Positions 9,661 through 19,271 of a stretch of DNA of 43,053 nucleotides are shown one piece after another; position 1 is the first letter of the stretch; every line of letters begins with the position of its first letter. The DNA is taken from assembly GCA_000934665.2 (NCBI GenBank), contig KZ538873.1, positions 1-43,053 of the forward strand, in the 5' to 3' direction. The DNA is from Catajapyx aquilonaris. Its lineage: Eukaryota. A program made the position numbers and the translations under genes. The notes beneath the pieces are model-generated. The model saw only the letters and a list, made by a program, of their open reading frames with translations. It had not been told where the DNA came from and searched no databases.

Positions 9661-11769
9661 ATGTCCGGGTTGCAAGTGCTGGTCGTGTTCTCTGTGGCCA
9701 CGGCCATGTTTGGTGGCCATATCTCATCAGCATTATCGGGTGTCGGGAAGAACGTGTCTCTTCTGATGGAAGAGGAGAAGAGGAAGGGTGGGGAGGAAGG
9801 AGAGTGGTGGGCAGTGTCCAGAGTGGTGAGGGGCGTCCTGGACACGAGGGAGGACATGCGGGGATGCGGCCTGGTCATGTCCACTGACCTCGTCGGGTCA
9901 TCGGGCGTCTGGAAGGGATTGTGGAGGCCTCTTCTCAAAGGTCACTCGGACAAGTACCTCCCGTTCTTCACCCTCTTGACGACCTCCTTCCCCCACTCCT
10001 TCACAGACTACCCCTGGCTCAAGGGTCAAGCTGACCTCTTGGACTTCACCACCGTCCCTCCTGACCTCCTCGCGACCTCAGGGTGGTCATCCTCTCCCTG
10101 CACCCTCCACTTCCTCCTCCCCTCCTCCCCGTCCTCCCTCCCACAACTGGTCATGTCCACCGCCTTCAAGGTCAAGGTCAGTCCATTCGACGACCATTTC
10201 CTCATCCACTTCCCTCAGAGGTCAACATCACTCTATCCAGAGGAGGGAGAGGTCCATCGAGTGCTGACCTCTCCCTCTGCCAGTGCCCTCAGGTTTAAGG
10301 TGTCCACCAGGATGGTTGAAGATGGTGTCATGAAGATGGAGACTATCTGCTTCTTCTGCGGGGAAGGGGGTCAACCGATGGTCATCGAGCTGAGTCGCGT
10401 TAGCCGTGCAGAGCATCCGAGACTTGGCACCTTCTTCAAAAACTACGACAAAAACAGGATGAACAACAAACCATTTGTGCCTGGAATATACTTTCTTCCG
10501 GCAGACATGGAGGACGTCCGAAGGAGAAGGAAAGAAATGGGTGAGATTTACCTGAAGTATTACGAACGGTGTTACATCTTATTCGAGGAAGGGATGAATT
10601 ATTTCATTTCGGAGATGTACCTGAAGGAGCCGACCAGTGCCGAATTTGACCACATATTGGACAATGGCACTTGGGCGGGACTGATGGCGGATCTGATGAT
10701 AGGAAGAGTGGATGCCATAAGTGTCACAGGTTACACGGAGGACACCTATCGACACAGCCTCACCACGCATCCCTTCATTTATGGACACGGGACATTCATG
10801 ACCAGACCACCCGGAGGAGTGATCACCTGGAGGGTCATCTACAGGCCTTACGTCCTCCCCTTCTGGATATCCTTGGGGGTCACCCTCGCCCTTCTTCCGA
10901 TTGCGATGAGCATACTCTCCCGTTGCGACCCTTCTCGAGGGAGGTCAGAGGTCGAAGGGCAGCGACTGACCCTGCTGGGATCTCTCCACGTCCTAGCCAC
11001 ACACCTGATAGAACAGCCCGTTCCCTTCCCCACATCCCGCCGCTTTCTCTTCCTGGCCTTCTCCTACCTCTTCTTCTCCACCGTGGTCATCACTGGGTAC
11101 AAAGCCAAGATGGTCTCCTTCCTGACCTTTCCCCCGAGGGAGTTTGTCCCGAGAAACTATCTTGAACTGGCGGAATCCGGTTGGAGATTAGAAGCTGACA
11201 TGATCAACTTTCTGCTATGGAAGAAATTTGTCTCCTTATCCAATGATCCTCGACACCACACAATAGATGCGAGGACATCCATGGGTGAGAGTGTCCAGAG
11301 TTGTATGGAGAAGATGCAAAGTGAGAAACTCGTCTGCGGAGGTCTCGATTTAATCATAGGACAGGAGACTTACCTTTTTCGCGACACATCCGGGCAGCTA
11401 ACATTTCGTTTCTCTGAGGACAAAAATCTTGCCACTTTCATTGGCCCCGCTGATCCCCATGGAAAAACCATGCAACATTACTACGCAAACGAAGTCGCCA
11501 GATTTGTATATGAAAATGACATGATGGAAGTGATATTGAATGACTACAAGTACTTGATGTTTCTCCGTTCCTTGGATAGAATCCGGGCAAGGGAGAGGGA
11601 CAACCCCCAAAAGGCAGAGGAAGTGTTGACCAGGACAAAACTCTCTGCCATCTTCAACATGTGGTTGGGGGGACTGGGTGTTGCATTGTGTGCATTTGCA
11701 GTAGAAATCATAAGCCGCAAGTGTGGGGCTGTTGGGAGAAAGCAAAACACTGACAATATTGAGGGATAA
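9661..11769 (+). CDS. Divergent ionotropic receptor (IR, variant iGluR chemoreceptor), intronless, 702 aa
   Basis: Signal peptide-like N-terminus. S1 motif NGTWAGLMADLMIGRVD, M1 YRPYVLPFWISLGVT, pore-region LIEQP, M2 FSTVVITGYKAKMVSFLTFP followed by PRNYLEL, and final TM LSAIFNMWLGGLGVALCAFAVEI. Confidence 0.9.
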   Translation: MSGLQVLVVFSVATAMFGGHISSALSGVGKNVSLLMEEEKRKGGEEGEWWAVSRVVRGVLDTREDMRGCGLVMSTDLVGSSGVWKGLWRPLLKGHSDKYLPFFTLLTTSFPHSFTDYPWLKGQADLLDFTTVPPDLLATSGWSSSPCTLHFLLPSSPSSLPQLVMSTAFKVKVSPFDDHFLIHFPQRSTSLYPEEGEVHRVLTSPSASALRFKVSTRMVEDGVMKMETICFFCGEGGQPMVIELSRVSRAEHPRLGTFFKNYDKNRMNNKPFVPGIYFLPADMEDVRRRRKEMGEIYLKYYERCYILFEEGMNYFISEMYLKEPTSAEFDHILDNGTWAGLMADLMIGRVDAISVTGYTEDTYRHSLTTHPFIYGHGTFMTRPPGGVITWRVIYRPYVLPFWISLGVTLALLPIAMSILSRCDPSRGRSEVEGQRLTLLGSLHVLATHLIEQPVPFPTSRRFLFLAFSYLFFSTVVITGYKAKMVSFLTFPPREFVPRNYLELAESGWRLEADMINFLLWKKFVSLSNDPRHHTIDARTSMGESVQSCMEKMQSEKLVCGGLDLIIGQETYLFRDTSGQLTFRFSEDKNLATFIGPADPHGKTMQHYYANEVARFVYENDMMEVILNDYKYLMFLRSLDRIRARERDNPQKAEEVLTRTKLSAIFNMWLGGLGVALCAFAVEIISRKCGAVGRKQNTDNIEG

Positions 11770-12529
11770 TACTTGAATTAATTTCTGCCCTTCATTTTCT
11801 CATTAAGCAAAAAAGTTGAAATGGAAAATGTTTTTCTTTATTCTGATTACTCATAATAATTAATTTAATTTATTTTGTTTTTATCTCCTGTCATAACTAC
11901 TGCTACTGGTGAATGTATAGGGTGACCTTGATGTGTATTAGTCGTGTAAGATCACTAATTGCATAATTATGTAATGATCATGCATATAGAATGTCAAGAC
12001 ACCAAGAATCGTATCACAGCATGATTGCTTTCCTGATCAGTGTGAACAACCAGGAATTATTGTCACTGCTGCACCTGGCTGCACCCACAAACCACAACAA
12101 TGTCTACTGCATTATTTTTCAATTTGTTGTGCATACCGTATACTGTAGTTACCACCCCCAACAATCGCTCATTTATCAATGTTGTCAATCCACGGATCAT
12201 TCCTCTGCATTCGCAATCACAGTGTTTCATGTCTAATGTCTGTACCGTAATCACTGCTAATAAATAGTATTTAAATCTATTTATTATGGCTCCAACAGCG
12301 ATCTCCATTTTATACTCCTCGGGTGACATTTTGTAACATTTGTGCTTGATATTAAAATACCGGTAGGACCTTTTATACCGTGAGGACGACGCTGTTCACA
12401 GGCCTGCTGACGACCTGAGGTCGCGCAAAGGCTGTACCGTCCACTTTGGGAACCACTGAGAAGCATTTCCGGGCACATGCGTAGTACAATCATTTTCAGT
12501 GCATGTGTCCCCGGAAGTGCCTGCTGACC

Positions 12530-12557
12530 CCCAAGCACTGACGTGGCCCTAGTACTG
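12530..12557 (-). repeat. Right copy of 28-bp inverted repeat flanking the IR gene
   Basis: The plus strand reads CCCAAGCACTGACGTGGCCCTAGTACTG. Its reverse complement differs from 9627-9654 at one base. Confidence 0.9.
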
Positions 12558-12637
12558 ACCCAGTGTCTCACCTCTTCGAGTCCGTCAATATTCAATTATT
12601 GACAAACAAGCCTCTATTACGCATTACCCCCCCCCCC

Positions 12638-12655
12638 NNNNNNNNNNNNNNNNNN
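12638..12655. other. Assembly gap (18 N) inside a poly-C tract
   Basis: N run flanked by C homopolymers. A single N also occurs at 40840 in a poly-G tract. Confidence 0.99.
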
Positions 12656-12829
12656 CCCCCCCCCCCCCCCCGCTTTCCAAGCCATATAGCAGTGGTAGAA
12701 TAATTATACACATCAAAGCGCAGAAAACAGATTGTATCAGTCAAATGAGGCCGCCGCACATTTCCAGCAGTTGACCAATACATGTCAGAAATTTACATTT
12801 ATTTAGCATTATGCCATTTTGTCGAATAT

Positions 12830-13230
12830 CTTACGTCAAGACGAAATCTTGCCTTCAATTTGCGTTACCAGGTTCAGGTGTACTACCATAGACTTGCATG
12901 GAAATATTTTCATCTAATGGATAATTATGTACACTGTTAGAATAAATAAGCATAGGTTTTTGATAGCATTATTTATATTTAAGGATGTATTATTGCGCTG
13001 AGGTCTAAAATCAGCTACAATTTATAAACTTCTAGAAAAGTTGCAATATTAAGAAAGATGTAGAATAATATTGAATTCGGCCTCAATTAGCATTATTGAC
13101 GACCGTGAAATTGACATGACGTACACGATGTCATACATCGTGTACGTCATGTCATTGCCATCATTATCAATAACGCCGAATCTGCTCTGGGTTGCATGTA
13201 CAAGAGATACAATAATATTCATCTCAACGA
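12830..13230. repeat. Diverged copy of the AT-rich repeat also found in the EcKL intergenic spacers
   Basis: CGAAATCTTG..CAATTTG.G.TAC.AGGTTCAGGTG.ACTA (~12843) matches ~31327. TTGCATGGAAATATTTTCATC (~12894) matches ~27415. TCAGCTACA..AAACTT.TAG (~13011) matches ~27688. CGCCGAATCTGCT (~13174) matches ~19084. Confidence 0.65.
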
Positions 13231-13406
13231 TATATTGCAACAATGGCCTGAAAATGATGCAGGAGCAAAAAAAAACTATATGTCACATGTGTGCAGTGAA
13301 GGTTGGTTGATACGAGTATTCTAAGCGATGAATAGAATAATTATGTTAATAGAAGATTTCTGCAAAAGTATGCTGGAAATATTCTGTACTGCACTCAAAC
13401 TGTTAT

Positions 13407-16400
13407 TCATCCTCGCTTCATTCCCATCAGAGTTTGATTTGATGGGTCACGGTGGTCTTCTCGTCTGTTGCGTTTGAGTTGGGCCAAGATGGACACGACC
13501 TCCTGGGCCACAGGGACGACCACGATGAATCCAGTGGCGATGTAAGCCCATCCTCTGGACAAGATAGTCCAAATGGAGAATCCATTGGAGTCCAGAATGG
13601 TGGTACCAAGGAGCATGCCTGCAGGCCAGAGAATGATGAAGAACACAGTCAGGATTCCTGCCGACACGTACGCCGTCAGTTTGGCCGGACGGAACTTTCG
13701 AACCACCAGTTCTAATGGGGGACGGCCATGGACTTTTACGGAGAAACCCCCTTTCAAATCATCCTGAAAGCAGGTTACAGTTAAACGCAAAAGTTCTTCC
13801 AAGCACTGTCTATCTTGATGCATAATAAACAGAGAAAAACTGTGCAAACCTGATAAGCCTGAACCCATGGTGACAGTGGGTTGTCTATGTTGCGAGTCTT
13901 CTCCCATTCGGCTTCCAATTCCTCAGGTGTCCACTTGGGTTTGTTTACAATGGACACCAGTACACATATTATTCCTCCTGCTCCCATTGACATCACGTTA
14001 CCAATGAACATCGAGTATATCTTCAGTCATAAAGCGCTTAATATTAGATTATTAGTTCTTCCCGTAATTTCCCTTATAAGACCTACATTTCCAGTGTTGT
14101 TGATGAAGTCCCCCAACCCCCCTGGCAGAGTGGATGAGTAAGAGAGCCAAGAAACGATGGCGCAGAGGACTCCTCCGAGGCTTCCAGCGATCATCCCAGA
14201 GGAGGTGGCCCTTGTCCAGGTGATGGAGAAGGCGATGGGGATGACCGCTGCCGAGATGAGGACCCCGATGAAGTAGTAGATCCAGGAGAGGTTGAGCTTG
14301 GCGTACCAGGCCAGAAGGGTCAGGACCACGGACAGGACTGTTGCGTTCACTATCCACCAGTTTTTGTAGGTCAGGAGGTCCTCCAGGTACTCCCTGTACT
14401 CCTTGTGCACTGGACACTGGTGGCGGAACTTGCCTTTGGCAGGGGAATGAACTTGGCGGTATGAGCGGTCCTCCTATTTGTAATATCAAAGTCATTATAA
14501 GAGAAGACATAATTAAAGCACATAAAGGATATATGGTCTGCTCCGTGAAACTTGCCCACATGTCACTACGACTACGTATACACTACGTATACAATATGCC
14601 AAATTCTATATCCACTGCTAAAAGCAATTATTTCCTTGGTAGTGACTGTGGTGTTAAATCCAATACGGTACTAATAATGTAAAATATTTCGGAATCTACT
14701 TAATGTATAGTCCCTTACTTTGCAACTTTCACATTGCGTTGCTGAAGGGCATTGGCACAGGGACCCCTTCGTATTTTTCATATCAGTCAGTGGATGGATG
14801 TACTTCGAGCACAGGATGCACTTACCTTCCTCCAAGGCCTCTCGGAAAGGCTTCAGGTGTACCTGATCGCAAAGCAAATATTGTTATTTCACCTCTTGGA
14901 AAGCTGTCAATATCAACCCGTAATTACTCTTCACCTGGTATATGTCGTAGACCACAATGGAAGCCACTGCCACAACCTCGGAGGCTCCTGTAGACATGAC
15001 TGCCATCAGTATGAGGACGAGCATGATCAGTTCGCCGACTTTGCCCAATAGTTTATGGCATACAAATGCAGCAACCAATCCTAGGAATTTCTATCACTGG
15101 TAATAATCGGACGATAATTATATTCTGTTAACTGACCGCTGTCCACTTGGTTGTCTGTGAGCAGCTGTTGTCCGTGGGCCGAGTTGAGTCCCAGGTAGGC
15201 CAGACCCATTGTTGTGGCCAGTCCAAACGGAACAGCAAACCAAGTCACTGCTCCCAGAACAAAGCCCCACACACCCTGTTCAAGAAATGCAGTGTAATAA
15301 AGGAGCCCCGTTTATTATTGTGGAGAGCGGTGTAATTTCCGCCAGGGGATAGTAAGTTAATCAGGTGATCCCATGGTCCAAATTACACTGACATTCCCTA
15401 AATATTTTTACAATTTCCCACTGGGTGCTCTCCCATATTTGCAATTACTTACCTGCAAAGGTTTTGACGCAACTGATTTTTGCCATAGTGCCTGATCACA
15501 AAATGAAGCTGAAAATCCGGTTACGATATTCACAACGCCAAACAGAATTCCCTCGGAGGAGTAGTAGAAGGTGAGGTAGCTCTTGTCCCTGTTTCCTTCT
15601 GGCCCTTCCCAACACTCGAGGAAGCCAAACATGGCCTGGCTGCTCCCAAAAGGATTCTTCGGGTTGTCGCTCGGGTTGTGGTAAACCTCGATGATCAGCC
15701 AGCATATCAGGATGTAAATGAGGGCCGTGTTGAAATAAGAGACGTAGAATGTGGCACCCAGACCACCGATCACAGTGTAGATGGCCACTATTCCGGCCAG
15801 CATGAAGGTGGCCAAATCAGGGGACAAACCACTCACCAAACTGTATTGAAATCAACGACAGTATTTGTTATGAAAATGAACCAGAGAGTGTACTTGCCTG
15901 TTAATTACAGCAACACCTGCCACCATAAGAGCAACAACAATAATTGCATTGGTCAGCAAGGCAAAACCGCAGAATACCAGATGGGCTGTTTTTCCAAATC
16001 TTGCGCGGATGACCTGGATGAAATGAGGTGGATACGTGATTGATCGGCGCAAAGTCCAAAATATGAGTGTCCTTATAATACTGTACGAGAGTACGACGTT
16101 CTAATAATTTACTCTCTAAAAAAAATAGAGTTAAAAAAACTCAAGTTGGGTTCTTTTTAACTCTTTTAACCTTGAAAGTGGTCATTACCAAAAATGAGTT
16201 ATAATAACTCTTTTGCTGGAGTTAAAACAACTCTTTCAGTTCATTTCATCCTCCGAAAGAGTTATTCATTAACTCTTTCGGAGTTAGAAATGAACTAAAA
16301 GAGTTGTTTGAACTCCAGCAAAGAGTTATTATAACTCATTTTTGGTAATGACCACTTTCAAGGTTTAAAAGAGTTAATTTAACTCTTATTTTTTTAGAGA

Positions 16401-17838
16401 GTACGTACTTGTAGATAGGTCTTGGCACCTGGAGCTCTAGTCTTAAGTTGGATTGACAAAATTGCGAAGATTATGATTTGTATTGAGGCTCCTGCAGCAT
16501 ACCAATAAGGTCCGCTGATTCCAAACTGCAAGAAAATAAGGTTTGAGATATATCATCCTCATTTCCACAGTCATATAACCCTACTTTGAGAGGAGGTGGG
16601 TCTGCGCCCCCCGCCCCCGTGGGGCCGCGCCCCAGCTGCGTGCCTTCGGCGCGGCTGCGGCCGTAATCCCGGGCCGTATTCCCTCAGGTTACAGAACATC
16701 CACCAGTGACGTCACGAATTAAGCATCAATTCTGAATTTAGGCTACATCAGGTGGGCGAGGATGTTGCGGGTACAATTGATATTTTATCTCAAAAACGGC
16801 TGGGAAATTCGCGATTGAGGATTTTTGGCATGAGTAATTATGGGGCAAGGAATCCAACGGTGTTACTCCGAGATCTATGCGACGCCTGGAAGTGCGAGAT
16901 CTTTTCCATCCTATATCCTCCTCCTCCTCCTCGGGGAGGTGCTTCATAAAATTATATTGGATGTTAATTCGTCGTATATTATCTTTCTATATACAAATAG
17001 TCATATTATACTACTTGTAACTCGGGGATGTGCGATTGACGTGCCTACAGAGCCTGGTACTGTAAATATTGCACCATCACGAGAAGGTCATAATATTTCC
17101 AGCCTTACTTTGGCAGCAACTGTGGTGCTCTGCAGCAATGTTGCTGTCCATGTCCAGTTGGAGACAATGCAACTGGCAGTCAGGCTCATTGACACGTTTC
17201 CTCCAGCGTCGAATGCAGTGTCCAAGTTGTCTGAATCGCGGTACACGTGTGTTCGTACCTGAAATAATGAAAACTTCAATCATGCGTCTTGTCTTTCTTG
17301 GCGTAGTCAGAATCTGGTCCTATACCCTGGCACTATTTTTATTGGGGCTCTTTATACGGAAACAGAGCCCCAATGAAACAATACCATCAACCTTAAGACC
17401 TATTTGTGACCATATGTATGTCGATACGTTTCCAAATTATTTGGCATGTCCCTTTCGATTGACAAACTTGCCCAGAATACTCACAGCTTGAAAAGCATAG
17501 GCGATGAGGGCCGATGCGACCCCGATAATTAAAAAGGCCAGCATAGCCTCCCCCATGTCGACCGTTCCCAAAGTTCCTGAATCCGCTTCTGCATCTGAGT
17601 TTGCTTCGTAGTCTGTCCAGACCACTCTTGAGTCACATCCTTCCTTCAGACGAGGGTCGTAAACACGATTCATGTCAACAGTTGACTGCTGACTTGTACT
17701 CGAATCATCACTAGCTTCTGGGTTTGCTCTTGATTCATTAGTTGTGGCAACATCAGGCAATGTTGAGGACGCTGAGGGTTCAGGACCAGTACAAACGTGT
17801 GGTACAATCAGTACCCATACCAAGTTGTATAAAATCAT
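13407..17838 (-). CDS. DUR3: DUR3-like urea active transporter, paralogue B, 11 coding exons, ~822 aa
   Basis: Exons (minus): 17838-17485, 17258-17109, 16525-16409, 16013-15898, 15840-15453, 15275-15137, 15080-14935, 14862-14719, 14473-14087, 14020-13850, 13763-13407 (2469 nt). One GC-AG intron at 15897-15841. Same DUR3 motifs as paralogue A, and exon lengths 150, 117, 116, 139 and 146 match A. Confidence 0.9.
16112..16401. mobile_element. Fold-back MITE (~290 bp) with TA target-site duplication, intronic
   Basis: TA|CTCTCTAAAAAAAATAGAGTT ... AACTCTTATTTTTTTAGAGAG|TA. Nearly the whole element is one palindrome centred near 16267, built from GAGTT/AACTC submotifs. Confidence 0.88.
16583..16961 (-). 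mobile_element. Probable non-autonomous Helitron/Helentron-like insertion in a DUR3-B intron
   Basis: The intron is 583 nt versus 56 nt in paralogue A. The minus strand begins A|TCCAATATAATTTTATG, has a (GGA)n run, and ends in a very GC-rich hairpin-prone block (16590-16680). The canonical CTAG end is not intact. Confidence 0.4.
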
Positions 17839-19271
17839 TTTGCGCTGCATGAAAGAAAGGCAGTGTTCAGTGGCGCTGGTAGGCTGAAATAGGTTCAAAT
17901 TTTTAAAGCACACACTCATGTCAAATTTGAAAAAAAAAAATCAAAAATGGTATTGCCCGATCGTGATCTGATCTGGGCTATGCTTCAATGTGACTTATAT
18001 TTGGAGAATCGGTCATTGTCATTACTTTTGTTAACGGAAATTTGTGATATCGCTTACTGTACTCTGTTCGTTGTGTCTGAATTAGGTCTAAAACTGGGTC
18101 AATATTTAAGCCATGGTATAATATCCAAATGTTTTAAAGGCATGGAACTTACCTAAACTCTTTCCCATCAATCATATGCAGTTGGCATGCAACAACTAAC
18201 AGATACACATTCTGCAACAATTTGCACACATCCCTTGATTGCAATGATTTCAAGCAATAATAAATTTTATTGCACATATAAAATGATGTATGCAGTTATT
18301 CTTGCGCATCTTGATACAGCTGTGGAGAATTCCGGCATGTGCCATTACGGGATATCACAGAATTTGATGACGTATAGAGGAATCCTATACCAGACTATTG
18401 ACGGATTTTGAGATTTCGGAAACAATATCTAGGTGAATATCAGCATGGCCCGATCACATATGCCCGGATCACGAAAGATGATGAGATTTCATTATCCCTA
18501 GTGGAACGAATTTTTCAGAATTTTCTCAGAAAAATATATTGATCATTCAATCTCCTTCCAATGATATCTCAATTTCGAGCAAAATATGATTTATCGTTCT
18601 GCTATTTAAAAAAAATTAAGTGTCTCTTCTAATCTACATAAAACTGAAAAAAGGTGCATACGAATAAATATATTTGAAATTCTTTTAATCAACTTGTCTA
18701 TTACATTACCTTATTATGCGTGCTGAAGTCTTGTTTACAATGTGAGTTACAAGGTATATAATATTTTCACCTTATTTCTAATGGCTATGTGGTTTGTTAG
18801 AAAATAACAATAGACACAAGAAGTTTGAAAATCCTGGATACATAATTTATTTATATTAGATATAAATGAGATATTGTACTCCGATTTTTAAGCCCAAACA
18901 TAAGCATTGCAATTAATAAACAAGTCACCAACATAATAACAATAATGATAATATAAGGAAGCCATTAAAAATCGGAGTGCATTGATAGAGCTGCAGTAAT
19001 ACTTTCAGAAAATAGCTATATTTTAAATTCAAGTATATTAGAACAATATTCCATTCTCATAATCATGAATGTCACATTAATATCGCCGAATCTGCTTTAT
19101 GCCTGTAGAAGAATATTAATGTTAATACTGACAATGAGGAAAACGTTCGTATACCTCATCTGATAGTGTTTTGTTGGATTTAATTCCCGTATCGTCCCCT
19201 TTGACCTTAAACAATGAACATAGAGTATTTATGAATGGCCCGGTACCTGAATAACTAATGGCACATGGACA

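Noticed and set aside
11991..12329. Short ORFs 11991..12236 (+) and 12063..12329 (-)
   Set aside because: No recognisable motif, signal peptide or splice support. Not called as genes, although a minus-strand TATA lies above the second ORF.
12406..12436. CTGACGA followed by a stem, resembling a hammerhead ribozyme core
   Set aside because: The required GAAA after stem II is absent (GCAA), and no consistent stem I/III with a cleavage triplet could be built.
12505..12516. GTCCCCGG resembling the RNase MRP CR-I motif
   Set aside because: It lacks the preceding GAAA and any matching CR-V/P4 partner.
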